Notes: generated by a model from the letters alone, not told the origin. Shown: positions 1 through 11,969, counted from the stretch's first letter. The stretch: 64,000 nt of DNA from an uncultured Gammaproteobacteria bacterium (GCA_964536615.1 CAZHYG010000001.1:6200-70199); one strand, 5' to 3'. A program made the numbers and translations.

Positions 1-683
1 ATGTTCGTATCACACATGGTCGCAGCATGTGTCTGAGCTGTCATCGCCAATTAGAATGGTTTGAGAATATTCCCGTGTTTAGTTTTTTGGCTCTCAAAGG
101 AAAGTGCAGGGTATGTAAAAATCATATTCCGTTTCATTATTTTTGTGTTGAAGTCTGTGTGGCGGCGCTATTTGTATACTTGGCCTGGTTTAATGCGCAT
201 AGTTTTAATCCAAATCTTGTTGTGTTGGTGCGCAACTTGATTTTTTTGTCGCTGCTGGTTGTTATTTTTATGTACGATTTGTTATATCAAGAAATTTTAT
301 CAAGCGTGGTGTGGTTTGGGGCGTTTACCGGATTATTTTTTAACGCATATCTACATTACGACTTAACCAGTTTGTTTATAGGCGCATTGGTGGCTGGCGG
401 TTTCTTTTTAGCTCAATTTATGATTTCAAAAGGGCAGTGGATTGGCGGTGGTGATGTTCGTTTGGGTGTGCTTATGGGTGTGTGGCTTGGCTGGCCTGTG
501 GTTGTTGTAGCTTTGGTGTTGGCGTATATCTCCGGATCAATTGTTGGTTTGTTGCTCATGGCTACAAAGAAAAAAACTTTAGGCAGCACCGTGCCATTTG
601 GTACATATCTGTCAGCAAGCACTCTTGTATGTTTATTGTGGGGAGAGGCGATAGTGCGTTGGTATGCTCAGTTTTTACGATAA
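1..683 (+). CDS. pilD: Prepilin peptidase (A24), 5'-truncated by window edge
   Basis: CxxC...CxxC Zn motifs (CLSC, CRVC), W.ENIP.FS.L.LKGKCR, GGGD catalytic motif, VPFG.YL, many TM helices. Confidence 0.93.
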   Translation, partial: VRITHGRSMCLSCHRQLEWFENIPVFSFLALKGKCRVCKNHIPFHYFCVEVCVAALFVYLAWFNAHSFNPNLVVLVRNLIFLSLLVVIFMYDLLYQEILSSVVWFGAFTGLFFNAYLHYDLTSLFIGALVAGGFFLAQFMISKGQWIGGGDVRLGVLMGVWLGWPVVVVALVLAYISGSIVGLLLMATKKKTLGSTVPFGTYLSASTLVCLLWGEAIVRWYAQFLR

Positions 684-2723
<2,040 letters not shown>

Positions 2724-2785
2724 TCACCAGTGTGCAAAATATAAAAAAAGTGATATAATAATATCGCTTACTTAAAATTCTCTGT

Positions 2786-5746
2786 ATGTACATTAGTTGG
2801 TTTAAAGATTTAACTATCAAAGATATTCCGAGCGTAGGCGGTAAAAACGCTTCGCTTGGTGAAATGTACGCTAAATTGACATCAAAAGGCATGAAAGTGC
2901 CAAATGGTTTTGCGTTAACCGCCGATGTGTATTGGGATTTTATCAAAGAAAATAAGTTGGATAAGAGAATAAAAGAAACACTTAAGGGTCTGGATAAAAA
3001 AAACGTGCACGAGTTGTCTGTGGTAGGAACCAAAATTCGCAAAATGATTTTGCAAGGCAAATTTTCTACAGAAGTAGAAAAGCAAATTGTTAGCGCTTAT
3101 AAAGAACTTTCCAAATTTTCCAAAAAATCAAATTTAGATGTAGCCGTGCGCAGCTCTGCTACAGCCGAAGATCTGCCAGACGCCAGTTTTGCCGGGCAGC
3201 AAGAAACATATTTAAATGTTCGTGGAGAAAAAGAATTGTTGCTAGCCAGCAAAAAATGTATTGCCTCGTTGTTTACCGATCGTGCCATTTCGTATCGTGA
3301 AGACAAAGGCTATGACCATACCGCCATTGCCTTGTCTGTAGGTGTTCAAGAAATGGTGCGTTCCGATCTTGGTGCCAGCGGGGTGATGTTTACCCTTGAT
3401 ACCGAATCTGGGTTTAAAGGTGCGGTACTTATTAACGCTGCGTATGGTTTGGGTGAATATGTGGTAAAGGGTCAGGTAACACCAGATCAGTTTTATGTAT
3501 TTAAAGATGGTCTAAAAAATGGTTTTAAATCTATTATTAGTAAACGTTTGGGCAGTAAGGAAGTTAAACTCATGTATGGCACAACAGGTACCAAGCAACA
3601 AAAAGTTAAAATATCTGAACAAAAAGTTTTTTGTTTAACAGACGATGAAGTCTTGCAATTGGCAAAATGGGGCGTGCTTATTGAAGATCACTATGGCCAT
3701 CCTATGGACATAGAATGGGCAAAAGATGGTGCTACTGGCCAGTTATATATCGTTCAAGCCAGATCCGAGACAGTTCGTTCTAAGGCAAATGTAAACATAA
3801 TTGAACAATACGAACTTAAACAAAAAGGCCCGGTAATGTTGACTGGTACCAGTGTTGGTCAAAAAATTGGCAATGGCAAGGCGCGAATCATCAACTCTCC
3901 AAAACAAATGAAGCAGTTTAAACCTGGTGAAGTTTTGGTAACTCGTATTACCGATCCAGATTGGGAACCAATCATGCGTATTGCCAGCGCTATTATTACC
4001 GAGCAGGGTGGAAAAACTTCTCATGCAGCTATTGTTAGTCGTGAGCTAGGCACGCCATGCATTGTGGGTGCGGCAAAAGCCAGGCAAATCATTAAAAATG
4101 GCCAAGATATTACCGCTTCCTGCGCTGAAGGTGATGTTGGGTATGTATATAAGGGTAAATTACCATTTGAGGTTCATAAAACCGAAATTAAAGAAGTTGC
4201 CAGCACTCGCACTAAAATAATGATGAATGTAGGCGATCCAGCTAGCGCTTTTGCATTGTCGGCAATCCCAAACAATGGTGTAGGTCTTGCTCGTGAAGAG
4301 TTTATTTTTACCAATTTTGTAAAGATTCATCCGCTTGCGCTGGTAAATTATAAAGACCAGCACAGCGAAACAAAAGCTAAAATAGACGCACTTACTGTGG
4401 GTTATAAAGACAAGGCTCAGTACTGTGTGGATAAGCTTGCCGAAGGCATTGCCTTTATTACCGCGGCGTTTCATCCTAATGACGTAATTGTTCGCTTGTC
4501 TGATTTTAAAACTAATGAATATGCCACTCTTATTGGCGGCGCGGCTTATGAACCAAAAGAAGAAAACCCAATGATCGGTTGGCGCGGCGCGTCTCGCTAT
4601 TATGATGAAAAATTTAAGCCAGGTTTCAAACTGGAATGCGAAGCCATTAAAAAAGTTCGTAATGAGTGGGGGATGAAAAACTTAATCGTGATGGTGCCGT
4701 TTTGCCGTACGGTAGAAGAAGGTAAAAAAGTTTTGGCAACCATGAAAGAATTTGGATTGGAACGTGGCAAAGACGGTTTAAAAGTATATGTGATGTGTGA
4801 AATTCCTGCCAATGTAATTTTAGCTAAAGAATTTTCCGAGATTTTTGATGGGTTTAGTATTGGTTCAAACGATCTTACTCAGCTTACTTTGGGAGTAGAT
4901 AGAGATTCCGCGCTGGTAAGCCATGTCTATGATGAAAAAAACGAAGCTGTAAAAACTTTGATACGCCAAGTAATTCGCGTAGCTCATGAAAACAAACGCA
5001 AAGTAGGTATTTGCGGACAGGCGCCGAGTGACTATCCGGAATTTGCCGAATTTTTGGTGCAAGAGGGGATAGACAGTATTTCGCTTAACCCAGACACGGT
5101 GCTCAAAACTCGTGAGCGAATTGCAGCCATGGAGAAAAAAGTTGCCGCCAAGCCAACCGGTAGTTTCAAGATGGGGATGGCTTCAAAATTATTGCTTATT
5201 TTTGGAGTGTTGGGTCTTACTACGGTTTTAGGCGGATACACCTGTCAAAATGTAAATGCCAATAAAATGTCGCCTGAAGAAGTAAAAGTTGAGGTTGCAA
5301 ATCAAGTGGCGGTAGCGCGACAAGAGATGAAAAAAGAGATGGAAGAAGCGTTTGAAAAAGAAAGAAAAGCTCAAAAATCCACATATGTTGAAAAGGGTGA
5401 TGATTTGCCAGAATTTACAATCTCGTATCCTTCAGGCTGGGCTGTAATGCGTCTAAAAAATCTAGCTACTTTTACCAATAATACTTTGCCTGAAAGCGCC
5501 TTTAGTGTAAGGGTATATCCGTTTACGCAGGGCAAGACAGAAAATTTGATTGGTACATCCACTTGGAATAACCTGCCAGTAGAAATATTTGAATTTCCCG
5601 GTGTAGATAATGTTAAAATTGGACGCAGAGTTATTGCTATATATCCGGATGGTTATAAAAAATCAAAATATATTATCTCTTTTGAAGGTACGCCAGATTA
5701 TTTTGATCAAATTTTCCAGAGTGTAAAAGATTTTAAAATTAATTAA
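2786..5746 (+). CDS. ppsA: Phosphoenolpyruvate synthase with extra C-terminal TM, coiled-coil and extracellular domain
   Basis: VGGKNASLGEM, AVRSSATAED, SFAGQQET, TSHAAIVSRELG phospho-His, GICGQAPSD; about 195 aa extension after residue ~790. Confidence 0.96.
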   Translation: MYISWFKDLTIKDIPSVGGKNASLGEMYAKLTSKGMKVPNGFALTADVYWDFIKENKLDKRIKETLKGLDKKNVHELSVVGTKIRKMILQGKFSTEVEKQIVSAYKELSKFSKKSNLDVAVRSSATAEDLPDASFAGQQETYLNVRGEKELLLASKKCIASLFTDRAISYREDKGYDHTAIALSVGVQEMVRSDLGASGVMFTLDTESGFKGAVLINAAYGLGEYVVKGQVTPDQFYVFKDGLKNGFKSIISKRLGSKEVKLMYGTTGTKQQKVKISEQKVFCLTDDEVLQLAKWGVLIEDHYGHPMDIEWAKDGATGQLYIVQARSETVRSKANVNIIEQYELKQKGPVMLTGTSVGQKIGNGKARIINSPKQMKQFKPGEVLVTRITDPDWEPIMRIASAIITEQGGKTSHAAIVSRELGTPCIVGAAKARQIIKNGQDITASCAEGDVGYVYKGKLPFEVHKTEIKEVASTRTKIMMNVGDPASAFALSAIPNNGVGLAREEFIFTNFVKIHPLALVNYKDQHSETKAKIDALTVGYKDKAQYCVDKLAEGIAFITAAFHPNDVIVRLSDFKTNEYATLIGGAAYEPKEENPMIGWRGASRYYDEKFKPGFKLECEAIKKVRNEWGMKNLIVMVPFCRTVEEGKKVLATMKEFGLERGKDGLKVYVMCEIPANVILAKEFSEIFDGFSIGSNDLTQLTLGVDRDSALVSHVYDEKNEAVKTLIRQVIRVAHENKRKVGICGQAPSDYPEFAEFLVQEGIDSISLNPDTVLKTRERIAAMEKKVAAKPTGSFKMGMASKLLLIFGVLGLTTVLGGYTCQNVNANKMSPEEVKVEVANQVAVARQEMKKEMEEAFEKERKAQKSTYVEKGDDLPEFTISYPSGWAVMRLKNLATFTNNTLPESAFSVRVYPFTQGKTENLIGTSTWNNLPVEIFEFPGVDNVKIGRRVIAIYPDGYKKSKYIISFEGTPDYFDQIFQSVKDFKIN

Positions 5747-5771
5747 TAAAATTATTCATTAACGTACATAT

Positions 5772-6089
5772 ATGTGCAATAACGGACAATGCGGACAAAA
5801 TCAGCAGGGTGGAGGATGTTGTGGCACTCATAAAATGGGTTGTGGCTGGGGGCATAAATCCGTTTGGTGCTGGCTTATCGGATTGGTAGTTTTAGTAATT
5901 GTATTTTGCACTGGTTACAAATTGGGTGTGTTGCGCGGATATTTTGGAGGGTATTATGGCATGTATAACGGCGGTATGTATTACCGGGGCGGGGTAGGTG
6001 GTAATTGGGGACCGGGTATGATGCGAAACTGGCAGTTTGATCAAACTGTTCAAGAACAGGGCAAGTCTGCCACCAATACTGAAAAATAA
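5772..6089 (+). CDS. Small Gly/Cys-rich single-TM hypothetical protein
   Basis: Hydrophobic WLIGLVVLVIVFCTG, then YGMY..GPGMM Gly-rich tail; follows ppsA on the same strand. Confidence 0.7.
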   Translation: MCNNGQCGQNQQGGGCCGTHKMGCGWGHKSVWCWLIGLVVLVIVFCTGYKLGVLRGYFGGYYGMYNGGMYYRGGVGGNWGPGMMRNWQFDQTVQEQGKSATNTEK

Positions 6090-6113
6090 AATATCTAAAA
6101 CAAAATATCCCGG

Positions 6114-6713
6114 TTATTCCGGGATATTTTTATTTTGTTTTCCGTATGCCATCTCAAGCAATAATTGCTTAGCTTTTCTTATGCGAGTGTTAATGGTGGC
6201 AATATTTATATTAAAATCTTTAGCAATATCTATAGGTCTTTTGCCTGTCATAAGCAGTTCCATGATAATTCGGTACCCCGATGGCAATTTTTCTATATCT
6301 GCTCTTAGAGCGCTGACTTCAAAATCTTGATTCTCCTTTTCTTCTTTTTCTATTACTATATCCTCAATTGTTTGGTCATCTCGGTTTGGTGTTGACGGAG
6401 AAAGTTTATCAATAATTTGGGTAAATCTTTTTCGTTTTCGTATTGCATCAATCGTAGTATTGTTTACAATTTGATGTAGCCAGGTGGTAAGAGACGCTTC
6501 GCCTCTATATTTTCCTTTTGATATCGCCTGAGCTGCTTTAGCTAACGTGGTTTGGATTATGTCTTCAATATCTGTTTCGGGAGGAAGATTGTTAAATTTT
6601 TTTCTGCATGCATTTATAAGAAAGTTTCTGGTTTCGGCGGATTGTAATTGTTTTAACAAATTTTCTGATTGTGGTTCTGTTGTCTCAGGCTGATGATGCG
6701 GCATTCGTTCCAT
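6114..6713 (-). CDS. ECF-type RNA polymerase sigma-70 factor
   Basis: Region 2 (DIEDIIQ...SLTTWLHQIVNNTTIDAIRK) and region 4 HTH (IAKDFNINIATINTRIRKAK). Confidence 0.88.
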   Translation of the reverse strand: MERMPHHQPETTEPQSENLLKQLQSAETRNFLINACRKKFNNLPPETDIEDIIQTTLAKAAQAISKGKYRGEASLTTWLHQIVNNTTIDAIRKRKRFTQIIDKLSPSTPNRDDQTIEDIVIEKEEKENQDFEVSALRADIEKLPSGYRIIMELLMTGKRPIDIAKDFNINIATINTRIRKAKQLLLEMAYGKQNKNIPE

Positions 6714-6780
6714 AAAAATATATTATATATTTTGTAAATATATCTTAAAAAGAGGAGGTTGTAAACTGTAGTTTTATACA

Positions 6781-6859
6781 AAAACCTCGTTCGCATATTT
6801 CTCCTTGCCCAATATTCAATATGTTTGAAAACAGGGCAAGTAGAGCGAACGAGGGTTTT
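6781..6859 (-). terminator. Long imperfect hairpin 3' of small ORF
   Basis: aaaacctcgttcgc...cttgccc / gggcaag...gcgaacgagggtttt inverted repeat. Confidence 0.65.
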
Positions 6860-6878
6860 GATGTTTGCAGGAGGTTCG

Positions 6879-7064
6879 TCACATGTAGGAAGCCGAAAGG
6901 TCTTCACATAGGCGAACTTCCTTGGTAGTGAAGATGTGTTGACCACCCTCCATAGTGAAACCCAGCGTTTTCCCATCGCAACCGAGTATGCGAGTCGCAT
7001 GGACTAGCTGCCCCAATAGTTCCGGGGCAGTTGCGGGAGCGGTGTGGATTCGGATGATTACCAT
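6879..7064 (-). CDS. Small hypothetical protein (GC-richer class)
   Basis: 61 aa ORF with upstream TTGAAT-17-TACTAT promoter, AGGA SD and 3' hairpin. Confidence 0.55.
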   Translation of the reverse strand: MVIIRIHTAPATAPELLGQLVHATRILGCDGKTLGFTMEGGQHIFTTKEVRLCEDLSASYM

Positions 7065-7147
7065 TGGGATTTTTCCTGGTTGGGTTGCTGTTATTTATAG
7101 TAAACTAGATTGCCATTTTATTCAAATAGATTATAAACAGGGCGAGT

Positions 7148-7176
7148 TTGACAATTGGCTGAGTTTTTTGTATACT
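7148..7176 (+). promoter_or_regulatory. Sigma70 promoter for tRNA-Asp
   Basis: TTGACA-17 bp-TATACT. Confidence 0.85.
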
Positions 7177-7212
7177 TTATAAAGTTAAATTAGTGTCAAA
7201 AAAGTACAATTT

Positions 7213-7289
7213 GGGTCGGTAGTTCAACTGGTTAGAGCACTGCCCTGTCACGGCAGAAGTTGCGGGTTCGAGTCCCGTCCGACCCGCCA
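7213..7289 (+). tRNA. tRNA-Asp(GTC)
   Basis: Cloverleaf: GGGTCGG/CCGACCC acceptor stem, anticodon arm ctgcc-ctGTCac-ggcag, TTCGA T-loop, encoded CCA. Confidence 0.97.
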
Positions 7290-8661
7290 GTTATTTCAAC
7301 ATAGAAACTCCACATAAGTGGTGTTTTTTTGTTTTAGTCTAGCGGAAATCGAGCTCACAACTTTTTTACTTTGAGATACCGAGAAGTTCCTCTCTTTGCT
7401 CCCTGTGTCCATTTTGTGTCCAAATCTTTGCCGAGCATGTCTGAAGGACATTAATAGCGTTTATTAATGTTTCGGAAGCAAGGTGCGCATCTAGACGAGA
7501 AGGGAGAATTATCTAAACAATCTGGCTTTACTATAATTTAATTAGTTTTTTAAAGTATCTAAAAAGAAATAAGTCTAATTGGACTTTAAATTTATTCCAC
7601 CAGTTAAAATCGAGCCTTTTTATTTTTTGTTTGTCGACCATATTTTCTATAAATGGATAGATTATACTGATATGTTCAAATCCGCCATTTTTTAATGTTG
7701 CACCAGCGCCACCGTTCAAAGAAAAAGAAAGGGTTTCATCTTCTTTTTTATTACCTTTGGAGCTTATTCGTGTAAATATACCTATTATTCCTGGGCTTAT
7801 AGAGGGGCAGGGAATGTACTTTAAGGGTATTATTCCATAGTTAGGATGGTTAAAGGGTATAGTTCCCGTGCTTAAATTCAGCATTCTAATACTTTCTTTT
7901 GGAAGATAAAAAAATTCAAGATTGTAGCTGTAATCATTGTTGTTTCTTGGTTTATTATAAAAATCTACAATCTGTTCAAAGTCATTTATGATAATACTGC
8001 TTTTAATTTTATTTAACGGTGATATTAAATTTTTAGTATGGAAGATAAAAATTGGACCACCGTCGTTATTTCTTTTTTTAAGATCCATACTCTGACTGAA
8101 AATTCCTTTATGACCTTTAAAATATTTATAAAAGCCTGACATTATATCTGTGCCAGAAATATTCACTATTCCGTCAACGTGATGAGTTACTTTAGGTGAT
8201 TTTGAAACTAGCCAATATTTACAATCCTTCATTGGCACGGCGTAAAACCTAGACTTTCTTACATTTTCAGGCGGAATTATCATCTTGATGATAAGATATT
8301 CCTTTGCGTCATTTATTAAATCCTTTACAAAAAATCCACCTTCAGAAGTATAGCCGAGTTTAAAGATTTTATATATTTTTTCCTTACTTTTTATACAGAT
8401 ATCAAATTTCATATCCTATAAAGTATAACTTAGCATATTTAAAATCTATTTAAAACCCTCTCCACCACCTTTTCTATATCGCTGTTGGACATCTTAAAAT
8501 TTGTGTCCACCCTGTGTCCAAAAAGTGATGAAATGAAGATTTTTTAACTGGATTTGATAGTGAACGAGAAGCGAATTATTTGCTAGAATTAGCAATAAAA
8601 TAAGGATTATTGCTAAAAATCACAAAATACCGCCCAGCGTTTCGAGTCCCGTCCGACCCGC
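7267..8661. mobile_element. tRNA-integrated mini-islet (attL/attR), no integrase
   Basis: 21-bp direct repeat TTCGAGTCCCGTCCGACCCGC at 7267-7287 and 8641-8661; paired TGTGTCCA motifs near both ends. Confidence 0.8.
7531..8412 (-). CDS. Hypothetical protein, islet cargo
   Basis: 293 aa ORF, clearly more AT-rich than the flanks, sole gene between the att repeats. Confidence 0.8.
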   Translation of the reverse strand: MKFDICIKSKEKIYKIFKLGYTSEGGFFVKDLINDAKEYLIIKMIIPPENVRKSRFYAVPMKDCKYWLVSKSPKVTHHVDGIVNISGTDIMSGFYKYFKGHKGIFSQSMDLKKRNNDGGPIFIFHTKNLISPLNKIKSSIIINDFEQIVDFYNKPRNNNDYSYNLEFFYLPKESIRMLNLSTGTIPFNHPNYGIIPLKYIPCPSISPGIIGIFTRISSKGNKKEDETLSFSLNGGAGATLKNGGFEHISIIYPFIENMVDKQKIKRLDFNWWNKFKVQLDLFLFRYFKKLIKL

Positions 8662-8804
8662 ATAGCGGAAAAAATTCAAATTTCAGAATCCCTGCCACAT
8701 GCTGGTAGGGTTCTTTTTTGTATTTGTATGGAGCGTACTTGACCATACGCAAACTTTTTGCTAACATCTTTTGTTGTTGGAACAAACCATGGAGGCAAGA
8801 GGGT

Positions 8805-9053
8805 ATGCGCGCGCAAAAATCAAGATTCTCTAACCACCGCAACTGGCTTCAAGCCGTCGTTCACTGGAACGGCGGTCCGGTCGAGTGTGCCGACCACTTC
8901 AAGTTCGATGACGGTCGGCTCAGGGGGCGGGTCCAGGTCGCCATGACGGTGTACTTCCCGGGCCTCATCGAGCTCGGGGTGGGTGCAACCTTCGGCGAGT
9001 GTGTGGCAGAACTGGAGTCGCGATTTCCCGATCGCTTCAGCGCTTCAGCCTGA
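8805..9053 (+). CDS. Hypothetical protein, GC-rich SD-led class (82 aa)
   Basis: TTGACC-17-TAACAT promoter (8739-8767), GGAGG/GAGGG before ATG 8805, GC-rich codons, terminator after. Confidence 0.7.
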   Translation: MRAQKSRFSNHRNWLQAVVHWNGGPVECADHFKFDDGRLRGRVQVAMTVYFPGLIELGVGATFGECVAELESRFPDRFSASA

Positions 9054-9095
9054 TCGCACCCTGTCATCCATCCGAAACCAACAAGGAGGCAGCCT

Positions 9096-9127
9096 GGCCT
9101 CGTCGCATTCGTGCGGCGGGGCCTTTT
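9096..9127 (+). terminator. Intrinsic terminator with UUCG loop
   Basis: ggcctcgtcgca-TTCG-tgcggcggggcc-tttt. Confidence 0.85.
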
Positions 9128-9205
9128 CAATATGTATTCGCAACCTTGACCACAAGGTTCTTTTTTAGTATAAATTTCAGTTAGGTTAACCCAAGGAGAA
9201 GTGCC

Positions 9206-10243
9206 ATGGCGATGATTGATAGTCTTCCGGATAGGATCAAGCCCTATTGTCAGAACCCCGAGCTTACGGAGGTTCTGATCTATAAGATGAGGCTGATGGC
9301 CGCAGGTGAGATGTGCAAGGGTGATGATGTCATTTTGGCGCTACTTGGTCTTGCTGGTTTGGAGATCAAGGATTATCAGGCGCGAGAGGTTGCTCGACAT
9401 CTCATTAAGGTAGGATGGCTTGAGTTGGTTGGGGAAGATGATCGCTACGCTTTCACCGCTCGTGCAAGAAAGTGTAGCCAAGACCCTGCGGTCAAGCAGC
9501 GGTTTGATGAAATCAGCGCCGCACAGGATCGTTCTAGCTCTCGAAACAAGGTTCCTTCACCCAAGTCTGCCCGACTCGATCTCATTAGGAGGGTGGCAAG
9601 CAGAGACGGATCCGCCCCAAACTCCACTAGATCTGGCGGTGTTCCAGGCCTTTCACAGGACAGACTGGATATGTTGTTGCCGTTGTTTGTGGCGACGGAG
9701 GGTGGGAGCTTTTTCGTTGAAGCTGCTCGGAGAGCTAAAGAGCTTGGTTTCAGCACAACTCAAGCGTTCAACGGTACGCTTATGCTGCTCAAGCAAGCAG
9801 GGTGGCTGACGAAAGTTGCATATGGTGTAGTGCAGTGGGATCTGGAGAAGGTCCCGCCGAAGTGGCGTGAAGCGCTGCCAAAAAAGAGCGAGCTGTCTGC
9901 TTCTGAACAGGTTGAGGAAGCTTCTGAAACCAGCGAAGGTGCGGAAGATGGTGGTGGCGCTGTGACAGTTGAAGGCGAGTCTGCACCTGTCTCCGAAGTA
10001 GAGGGGGGCGAGAAACCTGATAGCGAATCGTCTGGTGACGAAGAAGTTGATGAAGATGTTCAGGTAGAAGTTGTGGTTGAGTCAGCGTTGCAGACTGATC
10101 AAATCGGCGAGTCGGAACCGCAGCGATTGTTTGGGTTGTTGTTGGCGGTCACTGTTGAAGGTCTCTACCGTCAGATTGAGTGCATGCCAAGAGAACTCCA
10201 GATCATGGTTCTCAATGCGCTCAATCAGCGGATTAATGAGTGA
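9206..10243 (+). CDS. Hypothetical protein, possible winged-helix domains plus acidic disordered tail
   Basis: TTGACC-17-TATAAA promoter (9146-9174), AAGGAG SD; two L...GWL motifs resembling wHTH wings; E/D/S-rich C-terminal half. Confidence 0.75.
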   Translation: MAMIDSLPDRIKPYCQNPELTEVLIYKMRLMAAGEMCKGDDVILALLGLAGLEIKDYQAREVARHLIKVGWLELVGEDDRYAFTARARKCSQDPAVKQRFDEISAAQDRSSSRNKVPSPKSARLDLIRRVASRDGSAPNSTRSGGVPGLSQDRLDMLLPLFVATEGGSFFVEAARRAKELGFSTTQAFNGTLMLLKQAGWLTKVAYGVVQWDLEKVPPKWREALPKKSELSASEQVEEASETSEGAEDGGGAVTVEGESAPVSEVEGGEKPDSESSGDEEVDEDVQVEVVVESALQTDQIGESEPQRLFGLLLAVTVEGLYRQIECMPRELQIMVLNALNQRINE

Positions 10244-10505
10244 AGCAGATCCAGAAGGGGTAATTCACTCGTGTTAGGAATTAGGAGGGGTGTGCGGCGA
10301 GCCACATTAAAGCGCTTAATTGGCGTGCTCGCATATCTCAAAAACAACTTTCTGTTAGAAGGTTGTTTTTGTTTTTTTATTTTATCTAGATTTTATTTAT
10401 TTCTTATCTGTATTTGTATCTCAAAATGTATAATTAATTTATAAGGTTTTAAATATGAATATATAAGTATATAAAGGTCGAGTTTTTATTTTTAACTATT
10501 TTTAT

Positions 10506-11066
10506 ATGAGTAAAATAAAATATATTTTCCTAGCGGCAGGTTTTTTTATTGGTACAGCAACTATTTTGCTGATTCCAAAAGTATTTGCCCATGAAGGCAA
10601 TAGCGATCCAAATTTAATTCACGGATGTGTGAGTGATTTAACCGGCGCCTTAAGAGTTGTGTCCGCTACCACGACTAGTTGTGGTGCTTTGGAAACAGCT
10701 ATTCATTTTCCGGCAACTTTGTCTAGTGTACCGCCGCTTACATGTCCTGGGTGCGATATGACCGAATCAACACATTTGAGATATAAGGATTTAACAGGTG
10801 CGTGGTTGAGAGGGGCAATTTTATCATACGGCGATTACACAGGAGCTATTTTTACAGATGCGGATATGAGGGATGTCATTGCCGATGGGGCAAACTTTAG
10901 AGATGCAGATATGAGAAATGTGTTCTTTGAGCGCACGGCATTTACAGGTGCGATTGGTATGACCACAACGCTGTTAACGGGTGCCACATGGAGTTCTGTA
11001 AATTGCCCTGATGGTTCAAATAGCAGTGATCATGATAATACTTGTATCGGTCATCTTAGTCCATAA
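10506..11066 (+). CDS. Secreted pentapeptide-repeat protein
   Basis: Signal peptide (VFA-H), CPGCD then DLTGA/WLRGA/DYTGA/IFTDA/NFRDA repeats, CPDG..C tail. Confidence 0.85.
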   Translation: MSKIKYIFLAAGFFIGTATILLIPKVFAHEGNSDPNLIHGCVSDLTGALRVVSATTTSCGALETAIHFPATLSSVPPLTCPGCDMTESTHLRYKDLTGAWLRGAILSYGDYTGAIFTDADMRDVIADGANFRDADMRNVFFERTAFTGAIGMTTTLLTGATWSSVNCPDGSNSSDHDNTCIGHLSP

Positions 11067-11206
11067 TTTAAAAATAGAAGCGCATATTTTTATAATATTA
11101 TCAAACTACCCAAACCATTGGGTAGTTTTAATTTTGTATATTTTAGAATGAGTTTAATATTGACAAAACAATTTATTTTTGCTAGCTTTGGCGTTAAGGG
11201 GGTGCT

Positions 11207-11572
11207 ATGAAAAAAAATCTTAGCGCAGGAGAGGTCCTTGATCTTCTGGTGCTTGACTTGCTGAAAAGATCCGGTGTAGAGCGCGTTGTGTTTCGGCAAG
11301 TGTACGGCAAGTACCAGTCGCTACTGCGCGAGCACATGCTCTATCCGCTCATTGATGCCATTCTGCTGAGGCTGGGAAAGCGATCTACCGGTCGGCGAAC
11401 CGGCGCAACTAGGCGGTTTCTGGCATTTCTCATGAAAGTTCTGGTGAGCGAGCGGGTTGGGATTGCGATACCGGATTTCAAACCCAATGATTTTTCGCGT
11501 TGGGTTGTCTGGGGGAGTCAGATAAAGACCTGGTTGGAAGCAAGGCAAGCCAAAGACGAGAAGGTGCTGTAG
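11207..11572 (+). CDS. Hypothetical protein, SD-led class
   Basis: TTGACA-17-TAGCTT promoter (11160-11188), AAGGGGG SD, 3' long hairpin 11584-11646. Confidence 0.7.
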   Translation: MKKNLSAGEVLDLLVLDLLKRSGVERVVFRQVYGKYQSLLREHMLYPLIDAILLRLGKRSTGRRTGATRRFLAFLMKVLVSERVGIAIPDFKPNDFSRWVVWGSQIKTWLEARQAKDEKVL

Positions 11573-11711
11573 TATGGTCGCGCAAAAGCCGCCACCATGC
11601 CAATTATGTTCTAAATATTTTGGAATATAATTGGCTGGCGGCTTTTTTGTTTTATTTATTAAACAGATTACTAGATTGACAAAATTGTATGTTTTATTTA
11701 TATTCATCCTT

Positions 11712-11969
11712 ATGAGCAATTCGTCATATTTTGAGCAGTTGGTGCAGAAGCTTATGGCAGGGATAACCAAGGAGACTGGCAGGAGGTTTTTCCCCAGCTA
11801 CATCCTAGGTGGATGGTTTCTGAAAGAGCTCAACAAGCGCTTGGCAACGGAGTTGGGGGTTAACCCAGGTTTGTTGCCGTCGCAACTGCAGGCTCTTGAA
11901 ACGTATTTGCCTTTGGCGGGTAACTGCCTGATGCTCGCAATGGTAGAGCGTCAGTATGGGGAGTTGTGA
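11712..11969 (+). CDS. Hypothetical protein (start uncertain, possibly leaderless)
   Basis: TTGACA-17-TATATT promoter (11676-11704) directly before ATG; 3' hairpin 11981-12039. Confidence 0.6.
   Translation: MSNSSYFEQLVQKLMAGITKETGRRFFPSYILGGWFLKELNKRLATELGVNPGLLPSQLQALETYLPLAGNCLMLAMVERQYGEL

Noticed and set aside
8641-8661. Second tRNA gene
   Set aside because: Only the 3' 21 nt are present; interpreted as attR.
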